Below, piece after piece: positions 23,246-33,862 of a DNA stretch of 64,000 nucleotides. The DNA is from an uncultured bacterium. Its GTDB lineage: Bacteria; Fidelibacterota; Marinisomatia; Marinisomatales; UBA1611. A model generated the notes under the pieces. It worked only from the letters and a program-made list of their open reading frames with translations, did not search any database and was not told the DNA's origin. The first letter of the stretch is position 1. Every line of letters begins with the position of its first letter. The stretch lies in the NCBI GenBank assembly GCA_943788175.1, contig CALSPG010000010.1:1-64000 (forward strand), written 5' to 3'. The position numbers and the translations under genes were made by a program.

Positions 23246-26200
23246 CTAAATGGATCGATGAAAACTTAAAACTAAGTTCTTTTCATATGACGTTTCTTTG
23301 CCATCTATAAGAATAAAAGGAAAATCTAATCTCAAATAAATTGGTTTGTTATAAAACATACCACTAAAACGAATGCCAATGCCAAAACTTGCGAGACCCT
23401 TCATATCTTCACCTTGTTGAAAAAGTCCTGCGTCTGAAAATAGTGCCATTTCACTATTTATAATTCTGTCTTCAAAAAAACCATTTAAACCTACTTTTTT
23501 ATTTAAAAAATAAATTTCATTTGAAACAGATGATATTGCATTAGTTTTAATCGCATCTTGGCTCGAAAGAGATCTTATATTACCATCGCTAGGTAGATGG
23601 TATCCCGCTCTAAACTCGTTCCATGCAAAAAAACTGTCAAGTCCACGCAAATATGATTTTTCGTACATATCTGGGGAACTATTGCCGGCAGGATTGAAAG
23701 ATATTTGCGTTGGCGCGCCATTTGAAGTTGTCCAAACCTTACCAAGAAAAAATCTTCCCCTGTAGCCGCTATGAGTAAACCCCAATATTGACCTAAGAAT
23801 ATTTTCTAATTGAATCGTTTTTGATTTTTTTATACTGGAGAGAAAAGATAATTTTGAAAAATTCCAATTTGAACTCGGATTAATAGAACTAATAAAATCA
23901 ATAGCATGACTAGCATTATCAAAGTCAACACTGTTTTTTAGATAAAAAGCAGAAATATCACCTAGTTCATACAAGTTAGTTCGAAATGTATCGATGTCAA
24001 ATTGATGATAAACGCCTACTTTATAAGTTCGTTTAGGTTTTTTATTGTAAGCATTATTATACTTTATTTTCTCTATCTCTACGTTTAGTTCTGAAAGTCC
24101 AGGTAAATTAAAAGCTTTATAGTTTAATTTTAAATTTTTAAATCTATGCACAGATTTAAAGCTTCCAAAATAATACCAATAAAAATTCTTTTTATTATCA
24201 TCAAAGTTTTTTTTAGTCGCATAATTAAACTTAAAAGATTGTTTTTCCCAATTCCCATAGGAACGTTGAAAATGCAATCCGGGGCTGTACCCATCTAGTT
24301 CATTATAATACAGGGAAGGTAGCCAACTGTAAAGTATTTTGTTTCTGGGCTTATAATTCATACCCGGCCAATCAAATACAATTTCATAATCTGAATTCGT
24401 GGAGTTATTTCTATAATCAACATCTAGTGTTTGGACATCTGGGTCTAGAGTGACTTTTTTTGGCTTTGAAGGGACGGAAAATGAAAAAGTATCCTTAGTA
24501 TTCCAGTAATAATTATTCCACCATCTTCTATCAAAAGAACCATCGTATAGCTCTGTTTCAACCAACAAAGGCATGTGCCTATTACCTAAATTTTTTATAT
24601 TAATATGAACATCGTAAGAACCATTTTTATTTTTTTTATTGTTCCACCTATTGATCCCATAATCAAGTACTCTTGTGTCATGCAACCAAGGATCAAAGAA
24701 CCAAGCTAAATCTCTGTTGGTAATTTTCTCAACAGATTCTATGAATTTTTGTTCGTTAACATGCTTTTGCTTCCAAGTCTCATAAAAATATTGAATTGAT
24801 TTGTAATAAAGTGAATCACCTAAAACATACTTAAGCTCATTTAGCATTAAAGAAGGCTTGGTGTAAGCATTTTGCCTATATGATGAACTATTTTTAAACA
24901 AATAACTTTTACGACTAATCGGTTCATCATATCCGCTCATAATATATTTTATAGCTCTCCATTGATCATTATGCAACTTATTATTAAATGTCCAAAATTT
25001 TCTCTGATAGCTATCTGTCCAATCATCTGATTGCCAATCAAATCCAATTGGGCCGTAGCGATCCATCATATAATCTCTTGTCTGAGCACTGGTAAACCCT
25101 TCATCAATCCATGCTTCATCGACCTCATTATTTCCTAGGATGCCATAAAACCATATATGTCCAATTTCATGAAGAATTAAACTTTCACGATCACTACCAT
25201 CCATAATAAGCATCGGGTATTCCATTCCTCCTGATTTAAGCCTATCAGTATTGGTAATTTGAGGATAAGTATATTTACCAAATTTTTCATTAAGCCACTT
25301 TAAGGCACGGACAGACCTCTCCCTCACAACTTGATTCCAATCATTTGCATTCACTCTATTATAGAGCACATGAACATCGATTCCGTCATATATATCATGC
25401 TCATAAAGAAAATTTGGAGAGGCTACCCAAGCAAAATCATGAACATTTTCAGCAACAAACCTAACTTTTCTATTTTTTATTAATTCAGGTTCTTTATAAT
25501 CTTCTTCAAACACTGCAAACCAATCATCAAAATCTGCTGACGTATCAACTCGAACCATTTCCCAACCTGGATCGCCACTTTTAACTACACCAGAAGCGCC
25601 AACAATGAATTTTGCAGGCAGTTCAAATTCCACATCAAATCGACCAAATTCACCATAAAATTCTCCTTGAGCATGGAATGGTTCAGCATGCCAACCCCTA
25701 TCATCATAAACTGCTATTTTAGGATACCATTGAGCCATATTATATTGCCCCTCGTAATAACCAGCTCTTTCAACCATGCCACCAACATGATGATTCCATT
25801 CGATGTCAATACGAACCTCTTCTCCTGGTAAGATAGCACTTTTTAATTTGGCGCGTAATACTGTATCATTTATTTTATAGTCATCGAGTACAATATTTCG
25901 ATCTTTCGCAACAGTAAACTCTCTTACATGAATTCTGCTTTGGTAACCATCAAGCTCATCACGAAAGTAAGAAGCCCTTGAATTGCTACCATAACCACTT
26001 AAATAGTCTCTTGTCTTTACTGAACCGAGTTGAAAAGCATTTGGATATAGATGAAGATAGATTTCATTTAACTCATCAGGGGAATTATTTTTGTACGTTA
26101 TAATAGAATTACACGCTAATTGTCTTACACTATCAATTAACACTACATTCATTTTATAATTAACAGATTGTTGCCAATAATTATCGCTGCTCAATAAAAA

Positions 26201-26251
26201 TGAAAGAGCAAAAAAAAGTACATATACAGTTCTTTTAAACAAGCGAACCAT
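23246..26251 (-). CDS. M1-family zinc aminopeptidase with a long C-terminal, probably beta-barrel, extension
   Basis: QWYPK, VHDFAW, GGMEYP, HEIGH-x18-E and AYTKP; the C-terminal ~380 aa is rich in amphipathic aromatic strands. Confidence 0.9.
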   Translation of the reverse strand: MVRLFKRTVYVLFFALSFLLSSDNYWQQSVNYKMNVVLIDSVRQLACNSIITYKNNSPDELNEIYLHLYPNAFQLGSVKTRDYLSGYGSNSRASYFRDELDGYQSRIHVREFTVAKDRNIVLDDYKINDTVLRAKLKSAILPGEEVRIDIEWNHHVGGMVERAGYYEGQYNMAQWYPKIAVYDDRGWHAEPFHAQGEFYGEFGRFDVEFELPAKFIVGASGVVKSGDPGWEMVRVDTSADFDDWFAVFEEDYKEPELIKNRKVRFVAENVHDFAWVASPNFLYEHDIYDGIDVHVLYNRVNANDWNQVVRERSVRALKWLNEKFGKYTYPQITNTDRLKSGGMEYPMLIMDGSDRESLILHEIGHIWFYGILGNNEVDEAWIDEGFTSAQTRDYMMDRYGPIGFDWQSDDWTDSYQRKFWTFNNKLHNDQWRAIKYIMSGYDEPISRKSYLFKNSSSYRQNAYTKPSLMLNELKYVLGDSLYYKSIQYFYETWKQKHVNEQKFIESVEKITNRDLAWFFDPWLHDTRVLDYGINRWNNKKNKNGSYDVHINIKNLGNRHMPLLVETELYDGSFDRRWWNNYYWNTKDTFSFSVPSKPKKVTLDPDVQTLDVDYRNNSTNSDYEIVFDWPGMNYKPRNKILYSWLPSLYYNELDGYSPGLHFQRSYGNWEKQSFKFNYATKKNFDDNKKNFYWYYFGSFKSVHRFKNLKLNYKAFNLPGLSELNVEIEKIKYNNAYNKKPKRTYKVGVYHQFDIDTFRTNLYELGDISAFYLKNSVDFDNASHAIDFISSINPSSNWNFSKLSFLSSIKKSKTIQLENILRSILGFTHSGYRGRFFLGKVWTTSNGAPTQISFNPAGNSSPDMYEKSYLRGLDSFFAWNEFRAGYHLPSDGNIRSLSSQDAIKTNAISSVSNEIYFLNKKVGLNGFFEDRIINSEMALFSDAGLFQQGEDMKGLASFGIGIRFSGMFYNKPIYLRLDFPFILIDGKETSYEKNLVLSFHRSI

Positions 26252-26263
26252 TACTAATAATAA

Positions 26264-26926
26264 TTACAAATAAGGTTTAAGATCTTTAGAAAAAACGTGT
26301 CCAGGCCTGGCTCCTCTATAAGTTTTAACAATATATCCTTCTCGATCAATTAAGAATGTTGTAGGAACAGCTCTTGTACCTACGCCAGAAATAGTTCCAA
26401 AGTCACTAAAGGCCTTATATGATTCATTACCCTCAATATCTGTAAGAACAGGATAGTTTATTTTATAATAGTCCGAGAACTTCTTAATACTTTCGGAACC
26501 ACCAGATTGAATTGCTATACCAACAATCTCTAGACCTTCATTATTAAACTCATCGTGTAATTTAATAAAATCAGGTATCTCTTGTCTACACGGTCCACAC
26601 CAGGTACCCCAAAATGTGAGCAAAACCACCTGCCCTTCATATGCTGAAAAAGTCATAACATTTCCATCTAGGTCCGCTAACATAAAATCAGGCGCTTTCA
26701 TTTTTTGATATTCTTTGCCTGTTGAGCTTTTTACTTTCTTAGCTTTTATTTCTTTGCTTTTCCTAAGAGACGCTTTTGAATTATCATTAACTTTTCCCAA
26801 AATCATTTTTTGATTTGAAACATTCAAATTTTGTTCAATTTCATTAATCTTTTTCTTCTCTCCATTACCGCTGCAGCCTAAAAACAATGTCAATGACAAA
26901 ACCAAAAAAAATTTTAAGTAAAGCAT
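26264..26926 (-). CDS. TlpA/ResA-family thiol:disulfide oxidoreductase lipoprotein
   Basis: Lipobox FLGC, APDF, FWGTWCGPC and VPTTFLIDREG. Confidence 0.9.
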   Translation of the reverse strand: MLYLKFFLVLSLTLFLGCSGNGEKKKINEIEQNLNVSNQKMILGKVNDNSKASLRKSKEIKAKKVKSSTGKEYQKMKAPDFMLADLDGNVMTFSAYEGQVVLLTFWGTWCGPCRQEIPDFIKLHDEFNNEGLEIVGIAIQSGGSESIKKFSDYYKINYPVLTDIEGNESYKAFSDFGTISGVGTRAVPTTFLIDREGYIVKTYRGARPGHVFSKDLKPYL

Positions 26927-26976
26927 TTATTAATTCATTCCTTTATTTATTATATCGTAAATATTGAAAAATACTA

Positions 26977-28893
26977 CTATTGGTCCTTGGAATAATATTT
27001 TTTAATACCCTTAGACAAAAATCGATCAAACCCGTTAGGTATGTAACCGCCAGTATCAGCTAAAGCAGACTCGGTATTCGGGTCCAGTATAACATAATAT
27101 GGCTGAGTAGCTGTTTTGTATCTCTCAAATTGCATTTGAGCATAAATTGCACTCAATGAGTCTTTTTTGTCAACATAGAGCCTAGCTAAAACCATATTAT
27201 CAAGTTGGTTTTTTATTTTTTCTAGTGGGAAAATTCGTCTTTCCATTACTCTGCAATTTGCACAATAGATTCCAGTAAAATCTAGAAATAAAGGTCTGCC
27301 TTCTTTTTTTGCAAGCGCTAAAGCACCATCATAATCATCAACAAACCAACCCTCTTTTACAGCAATTTCATCTTCTGTTGGAGGGGGAGGTACCATTGCT
27401 TCAATTAATTCATCAGCGAATCTTGGAAGCCCGTTATAATGAAAAGTTGGCCCAGAAAAAAGGGATAACCCGATAGGAAGAAGCACTAAAGATGTAATAA
27501 TTATTCCAACGTAACTAATATCTTTTCTTTTGTTTTGAGGCCCTTTTTGAATTGAAAGAATACCAGCCAAATAGAGAATCAATAATAACCCGATTAGAAG
27601 GAATAATCCCAGCACCACATTGCGAGGCAATAATCCAAGCTCCCATTCTAAATCAGGAACCCACAAAAATTTCACAGCCGCTGCTAATTCCACAAAACCA
27701 AAAACAACTTTAGCTTTTTCCATCCATATACCAGATCTTGGTAACTTATCTAATGATGATGGGAATAAAGATAAAATGACAAAAGGGAAAGCAAAAACAA
27801 CTCCGTAAACTGTCATACCCAGCAAGCTAGTTAATAAACCAGTTGCTGTTCCACTAGCCGCAACCACAAGAAGCATTCCAACAACGGGGACCGTACAGCT
27901 AAAACTTGTTATAGCAAAGGCAACACCTAATATAAAAGCACCAAGATAAGCATTCTTGGCTGATTGTCCGACTTTATCTGTTTTGCTAAGTAACGCTCCA
28001 GCAACATTTACATTGATTACACCAAACATCCACAATGCAAAAAAAATAAATAAAAGCCCTAAAACCAAATTAAGCCAAGCATTTGTAGCAATGAAATTGC
28101 CTATATTTGCATAGCCAGTTTGAACAGCTGCATCATTAACCCCCCAGGATAAAAAGCTTACAAGTAATCCAATAAAAACAAAGGTACCTGCAATCCCAGA
28201 GCCATATAGAGTAGCAACGGAAATCCTTCCAATATTCTTATCTTCACTTACTTTTCCAAAAAATGAAATTATGATTGGTATCATGGGATAAACGCAAGGC
28301 ATTACCCAACTTAAAATTGCCCCGCCTATTGCAATAATAATTAGATTTAAAAATGAATTACCCTTATTTTTTTCGACTTTATCGCTCTTCAGAATACTTA
28401 AAGTAGTTCTACCGTCCCTTGGCTCCCCAGGAACAACATTGATTAAAATCTTTTTAGATACTTCTTTGGGAGGATAACAAAGTCGCTCGTTACAGACTTG
28501 ATAATAGACTTTTACAATGAGTTCATAAACTCCAGGAATCAAGTTTTTTTTCATGAGTACTTGGGTCGAAAACTGAGTGTCACCCTTATGATAAAAGGAG
28601 GTCATATCGAAACCAGGATCATATTTTTCTATTGGATTAGGCTCAATTATTTTAGCAATTGAACTAATCGATTCTCCAGCAATCTCAATTTCTGTTGCTA
28701 GTGGACCATCTACAATTTTATAAATTGAATAGATTTTCCATTCACTATCCATTTCAGCATCTATAACTATGTTGATTACCTCACCTGCTCGCGCCGAAGT
28801 ATCTGACTGCACGTTGATAACAACAGGGTTAGTGACCTGCGACAAACAGATAGTAACGAAAAAGACAATACAACTTATTAAATATTTAATCAT
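26977..28893 (-). CDS. dsbD: DsbD-family thiol:disulfide interchange protein
   Basis: N-terminal QVCNERLCYPP, transmembrane MPCVYPMIP and FSCTVP, C-terminal thioredoxin DFTGIYCANCR. Confidence 0.9.
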   Translation of the reverse strand: MIKYLISCIVFFVTICLSQVTNPVVINVQSDTSARAGEVINIVIDAEMDSEWKIYSIYKIVDGPLATEIEIAGESISSIAKIIEPNPIEKYDPGFDMTSFYHKGDTQFSTQVLMKKNLIPGVYELIVKVYYQVCNERLCYPPKEVSKKILINVVPGEPRDGRTTLSILKSDKVEKNKGNSFLNLIIIAIGGAILSWVMPCVYPMIPIIISFFGKVSEDKNIGRISVATLYGSGIAGTFVFIGLLVSFLSWGVNDAAVQTGYANIGNFIATNAWLNLVLGLLFIFFALWMFGVINVNVAGALLSKTDKVGQSAKNAYLGAFILGVAFAITSFSCTVPVVGMLLVVAASGTATGLLTSLLGMTVYGVVFAFPFVILSLFPSSLDKLPRSGIWMEKAKVVFGFVELAAAVKFLWVPDLEWELGLLPRNVVLGLFLLIGLLLILYLAGILSIQKGPQNKRKDISYVGIIITSLVLLPIGLSLFSGPTFHYNGLPRFADELIEAMVPPPPTEDEIAVKEGWFVDDYDGALALAKKEGRPLFLDFTGIYCANCRVMERRIFPLEKIKNQLDNMVLARLYVDKKDSLSAIYAQMQFERYKTATQPYYVILDPNTESALADTGGYIPNGFDRFLSKGIKKYYSKDQ

Positions 28894-28907
28894 AGTGGAG
28901 TTGTATT

Positions 28908-29810
28908 TTACCTCAGGTTTAAACATAATTTATAGTAAATATCATCTTTGCGCGGCTCTAAATTTTTTAGAGTTTCTAAACTCTTTGACATTGCGTTTTT
29001 GCCACACTCTAACAACTTATCAAAGTTATCAAAGTCGGACCAATGAATGCCTGAGACCTCAGGCTTAACTAGAATGTCTGCTTGCCTTGACAAGTTGTTT
29101 TTTAATCTCAAGGATGTAATGATATCTGAACGCCTCATTATCTCTATCATATTCGGTTGGTTTAATGGTTTTAATTCATAATTAGTTATATCTACTGCCA
29201 TTACCATTTCTGCGTACTCTTTTAGTATCTCAACTGGAATTGGTGATGTAACGCCACCATCTACAATTAGCTTACTATCTTTTTTAGTAGCTTCAAAAAA
29301 ACCTGGGATAGAAGAGCTCTGAATGAGGGCTTCTCTAATATCACCTCTGCTATAGATAATTTCTTCCCCGTTTTGAATATCTGTAGCTATAACCTTTAAA
29401 GGAATTTGAAGCTCTTCAAAGTTATTACAAGGTATCATGAACTCTACCGAATTTTCAATTATTGAACGAGGAACAACGTAAGACTCATTCAAACCTAGCC
29501 TAGCAGCATAGCCTTGTTTTGCTAGTTCAGTATTGTTCTCGAGAAAAGTTTCTTTATTACGTCCAGCCATTAAAGAACCGGAACTAAAGCTCGCAAATAA
29601 ATCACTGTTCATCAGTTCACGGAAGCGAGTTTCTATCCAGTTAGGATCTAAGGTTGCGGCATACATTGCACCAATCATTGAACCAGCGCTAACTCCAGCG
29701 ATTAAATCAGGCTTAAGCCCACTGTTATGGAGAACTTGAAGCGCCCCAATATGTGCAACACCTCTTGAACCTCCTCCTCCTAAGGCAAGCCCTAGATACG
29801 ACTTTCCCAT
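28908..29810 (-). CDS. Patatin-like phospholipase
   Basis: GGGGSRG, GVSAG nucleophile elbow and DGG motif. Confidence 0.92.
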   Translation of the reverse strand: MGKSYLGLALGGGGSRGVAHIGALQVLHNSGLKPDLIAGVSAGSMIGAMYAATLDPNWIETRFRELMNSDLFASFSSGSLMAGRNKETFLENNTELAKQGYAARLGLNESYVVPRSIIENSVEFMIPCNNFEELQIPLKVIATDIQNGEEIIYSRGDIREALIQSSSIPGFFEATKKDSKLIVDGGVTSPIPVEILKEYAEMVMAVDITNYELKPLNQPNMIEIMRRSDIITSLRLKNNLSRQADILVKPEVSGIHWSDFDNFDKLLECGKNAMSKSLETLKNLEPRKDDIYYKLCLNLR

Positions 29811-29813
29811 CGA

Positions 29814-30428
29814 TTACTTTTTATCTTCTAGGACAACCTTCATTTCAATTCTATCATCTGGATTATCTCTAGCATCTCTTGGCGCGCTGACTATAGCGTC
29901 GACAACTTCCATACCACTAACGACTTTACCAAAAACAGTGTATTGGTTATCTAAAAAGTTTGCATCTGCCACACAAATAAAAAATTGACTTCCTCCACTA
30001 TCAGGGTTTTGAGACCTTGCCATAGATAATATGCCTCTAACATGCGTAGTCGTACTGAATTCAGCTGGTAAATCCCAAGTAGATTCAGAGTCTTCACTTC
30101 CAATACCAAAAAATTTTGCAGCATTACCGCCTGTTCCATGCCTACTTTTGTCTTCTGATTTTGTTAGAGGGTCACCACCTTGAATCATAAACCCTGGAAT
30201 TACTCTATGAAAAGTTGTTCCATCATAATAACCATTTTGAGCATGCAATTTAAAACTCTCAACATGCTTCGGGGCAATATCATCAAAAAATTCTAATTTT
30301 ATATCACCAAATTTTGTTGTAATAACTGCTATATCTTTTTCCATAACTGTATCCTTATTTTTTTGTTTTGTTCCACAACCTACTATAGTCAAAATAATAG
30401 CAAGTAATATTGTAGTTTGTTTTATCAT
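29814..30428 (-). CDS. Cyclophilin-type peptidyl-prolyl isomerase, lipoprotein
   Basis: FHRVIPGFMIQGGDP, LSMAR, SQFFI and YTVFG; lipobox IVGC. Confidence 0.95.
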   Translation of the reverse strand: MIKQTTILLAIILTIVGCGTKQKNKDTVMEKDIAVITTKFGDIKLEFFDDIAPKHVESFKLHAQNGYYDGTTFHRVIPGFMIQGGDPLTKSEDKSRHGTGGNAAKFFGIGSEDSESTWDLPAEFSTTTHVRGILSMARSQNPDSGGSQFFICVADANFLDNQYTVFGKVVSGMEVVDAIVSAPRDARDNPDDRIEMKVVLEDKK

Positions 30429-31000
30429 AACGTTTTTCTACTCCCTGGTTTTTGTACTGGAATTTCTTTTAAATTATTTGGCATTCTATCTGCATCATAA
30501 CTTACGGCCTCAAGCTTAACGATTGAATATTGATTTTTATGAAGATTAATAGTACCATTACTTCTATCTACAAGAATAGCAACTCCGGAAATTAAACCAC
30601 CTAATTTGATAACTTCACTCATGACTTCCTTAACAGAGCCACCGGTTGTTATAACATCCTCAACAATCAGAATGTTTTGATTTTTTTTTATATTGAAACC
30701 TCTACGGATGCACATAACTCCATTTTTTCTCTCGGCAAAAATAGTTCTAGCATTTAGCAAACGTCCAACCTCAGTACCTAAAACAATACCACCGATAGCT
30801 GGCGATATTACTGCGTCTATTTTTGTCGAAATAAAATTATCAGCGATCATAGAAGCAAATAATGTGAGATATTTAGGGTATTGCAATACTTTTGCGCACT
30901 GAAAGTAAGAGGGGCTATGTTTGCCTGAGGTAAGGACAAAATGCCCAGACAACAGTGCCTCAGTTTCTTTAAAAATATCAACTATTTTTTCTTTATCCAC
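30425..31000 (-). CDS. pyrE: Orotate phosphoribosyltransferase
   Basis: GHFVLTSGKHS and VEDVITTGGS; next to pyrF. Confidence 0.95.
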   Translation of the reverse strand: MDKEKIVDIFKETEALLSGHFVLTSGKHSPSYFQCAKVLQYPKYLTLFASMIADNFISTKIDAVISPAIGGIVLGTEVGRLLNARTIFAERKNGVMCIRRGFNIKKNQNILIVEDVITTGGSVKEVMSEVIKLGGLISGVAILVDRSNGTINLHKNQYSIVKLEAVSYDADRMPNNLKEIPVQKPGSRKTL

Positions 31001-31790
31001 TTAATGCCTCATTTATTTTTTTAACATAGGAAAGTGCCGATTCACGTATAGATTTTTCAGAACAATCACCAGAAAAAGAGATATCTCTTGATACATTTAT
31101 AATTCCTATCCCAGTTTTATTACCTTCTAAGACACAACTACTTAAATCCCCGCCCTGGGCTCCTACTCCTGGAATTAAGATAGGCAAATCAGGCGCTAAT
31201 TTTCGAACTTTCGAAAGCTCCTTAGGTGCCGTTGCTCCGACAACTAACCCTACATTGTCCTTTGAGTTTAAATCATTTGCCCATTTTGCAACTAATTCAT
31301 AAATATGGTCACCGCCTATTAAATTTTGACTTTGAAAAGTGTCAGCGGAAGGGTTTGAGGTTCGACACAATATAAAAACACCTTTTTCTTCAAAATCAAT
31401 AAAAGGTTTTATACTATCTTCGCCCATGTAGGGGCTTAGCGTAACACAATCAAACCCAAAATGATTAAAGATACTTTCAGCATATTGTTTTGCGGTATTC
31501 CCGATATCACCCCTTTTTGCGTCTGCAATAACTATTGCATCTTCGCCAATGTAATTGACTATATCTTCTAACCATTTAAACCCCCTAGCACCCCATCTTT
31601 CAAAAAAAGCAAAGTTAGGTTTGTAGCACAATGCTATGTCTCTAGTCGCATCAACAATTTTTTTTGAGTGCGATACCAAGTCATCAAATTCATTAGATTT
31701 AACTAAAACAGGATCAACATCTATACCAACACAAAGGTAAGAATTGATTCTTTTTGCTCTATTTTTTATCTTGTGATTGAAAGAAATCAT
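30993..31790 (-). CDS. pyrF: Orotidine-5'-phosphate decarboxylase
   Basis: LCVGID, YKPN, DAKRGDIGNT, GLVVGAT and PGVGAQGG. Confidence 0.95.
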   Translation of the reverse strand: MISFNHKIKNRAKRINSYLCVGIDVDPVLVKSNEFDDLVSHSKKIVDATRDIALCYKPNFAFFERWGARGFKWLEDIVNYIGEDAIVIADAKRGDIGNTAKQYAESIFNHFGFDCVTLSPYMGEDSIKPFIDFEEKGVFILCRTSNPSADTFQSQNLIGGDHIYELVAKWANDLNSKDNVGLVVGATAPKELSKVRKLAPDLPILIPGVGAQGGDLSSCVLEGNKTGIGIINVSRDISFSGDCSEKSIRESALSYVKKINEALSG

Positions 31791-31896
31791 GGCTCAAAAT
31801 ATAGCTCGATAACAATACATTTAAAAAACTGAAATTATAAGTTTATGCAATAAAACAAAATTGTGAATGAAAATTTTAAATCAGTAAACTTTATTA

Positions 31897-32478
31897 ATGA
31901 AAAAAATCAAAAAAAATACGACAACGATTACGAAAATTATTGCTTCCAGCGGATCATTTGATATTGAACTTATAGAAAGTCTTGGTACAGCTGACTATGA
32001 ATCATTGATGGAGATATCGGCATCTCTGGCTGAAGACTATGGCGAAAAATATCTATTAACTAAAAACACCATTAACAAATACTTTAACCGCTCTGGTGCA
32101 CTTCCAATTATTGCGCGATTCGATAATAAAATTATAGGATATATAATTGGAATGCCTTTGGAACTATTATCTCAAGAGCCTTGGGTTAGACTAGATGAAA
32201 ACTATGGAAAGTTCAATACCTTATATACATACGCTTTCGTAATAAAAAATGATTTTAAAAGAAAAGGTTATGCGAAAATATTAAAAAAAGTTTATATCAG
32301 TTGGGCAAAAAAAAAAGAGGGAATTCTCTACAATACTGGACATGTCAAATCAGGTATTTCTAAAAAATTTAAAGGTCAAATCAAAATTATCGCAGAGATT
32401 AATAACTGGCAAGGTACAGGAAAAATATTTGAATATTATCGTAGAAATTTAGATCCTGAAAAAATCTATGAAAACTAA
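31897..32478 (+). CDS. GNAT-like hypothetical protein
   Basis: IIGYI strand and acetyl-CoA-motif-like FVIKNDFKRKGYAKIL. Confidence 0.55.
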   Translation: MKKIKKNTTTITKIIASSGSFDIELIESLGTADYESLMEISASLAEDYGEKYLLTKNTINKYFNRSGALPIIARFDNKIIGYIIGMPLELLSQEPWVRLDENYGKFNTLYTYAFVIKNDFKRKGYAKILKKVYISWAKKKEGILYNTGHVKSGISKKFKGQIKIIAEINNWQGTGKIFEYYRRNLDPEKIYEN

Positions 32479-32503
32479 AGTAATAAACCACGTTAATGCT
32501 TTT

Positions 32504-33832
32504 TTAAAAACAAATAGCACTTAGTGATTCGTGAGCGAGGCTCCTTAAAGCTTTTATACTTGCTCGCTCAATAAAATCATAATTTAATGCTTCTCGTGAA
32601 GCAATAATATGATCAAGAATGATATTTTTTGTTTTGGTGTCTATAATTTTTATCGACAAAAAAGCCTCAGATTTAAAAGGCTGTTTTCTGTTAGCTCTAC
32701 TAGTATTTCCAATAGATGATACGCCAAAAAACATCGATAAATCAGCATCATCTTCATTATTGACAAAAATCATATCATATTTAGATTCAAAACAAGATTT
32801 GACAGATTCATTGAAAACAGATTCGCCTAAACTAGAGTTAACACTTTGGATAGTCTCATTTAAAAAAACCTTTTTACTACTGGATATAACTGCAATTTTA
32901 GATTCCTTTTTATCAAATAAAAAAAAATCAAAAAAGGGTGTATTTAGAATTGTTTCATAATCGATTTTAATAGTAAAACTATATGGATTCCCGTCAGCTG
33001 ATAATGGGATTTTTATCTTATTTTCTTCAGTTAAATTATCAGTTATATTGATTGAATCGAAGGCACTTCCAAACTCCTGAATCATATTTATATTATCTAA
33101 TTTTTGGTTAGTTTTATTATCATAAATACTCACGTTAATATTTACACCATTATTAGTCATTGGAAGACTATTAATTGTTTCCGGTTCATATGAAAAAGTA
33201 ATTCGATTATTGTAATCATTAATAATTCTTTTGGTTTTTTCTAGGATATCTGTCTCAACATTTTTTTTATTATTTTTAATTAACAAATGATCCATATGGA
33301 TTACAAGATGATCAATAATCGATGACAGTGTTATAAAATTTTCAATCTTTAAATCGTCACTTAACAAAGATATCTGCTTTGTAACATCATAATTATTAAA
33401 TCTTTGTGCTATGCTTTTATAGTATTCTTTTTTACTTATGCTTAACAAAGAATATTTAAACCCATTGTAGACAAAAGAGCTATCAAAATTTTTTAATGAA
33501 TTAATTAAATCTCTCCGACCACTCATGATGTGTTTGGTAACCTTATCAAGATGTTTTTCTTTTATATCATAATTTTCAATAAATATTTTTTCCAAATCTT
33601 TTCTTAATTTTTCATTCATCAGGCTTAAAGCATTATCTTCTGAAGTAATTGAATCGTTTGTACTAGTTTGTCCAACTTTATACCACTTTTCAATATCAAT
33701 GGGCACACCCTTTATCCAATTAGGAATTCTTTTTTTAGACTTTTGGACTGGAGCTAACTCCGGCTTAGGACTACAGGATTGAGAAGAAAAAATAAAAAGA
33801 AAAATGAGGATAGTGAAAATTATTTGGCGCAT
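32504..33832 (-). CDS. Hypothetical lipoprotein (LPP20-like N-terminus), paralogue of the upstream gene
   Basis: Signal peptide with SQSC, PNWI motif; similarity to 33863-35206 seen by eye. Confidence 0.6.
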   Translation of the reverse strand: MRQIIFTILIFLFIFSSQSCSPKPELAPVQKSKKRIPNWIKGVPIDIEKWYKVGQTSTNDSITSEDNALSLMNEKLRKDLEKIFIENYDIKEKHLDKVTKHIMSGRRDLINSLKNFDSSFVYNGFKYSLLSISKKEYYKSIAQRFNNYDVTKQISLLSDDLKIENFITLSSIIDHLVIHMDHLLIKNNKKNVETDILEKTKRIINDYNNRITFSYEPETINSLPMTNNGVNINVSIYDNKTNQKLDNINMIQEFGSAFDSINITDNLTEENKIKIPLSADGNPYSFTIKIDYETILNTPFFDFFLFDKKESKIAVISSSKKVFLNETIQSVNSSLGESVFNESVKSCFESKYDMIFVNNEDDADLSMFFGVSSIGNTSRANRKQPFKSEAFLSIKIIDTKTKNIILDHIIASREALNYDFIERASIKALRSLAHESLSAICF

Positions 33833-33862
33833 TATTAGAATGAAGTGACTTAGCTTAATTAC

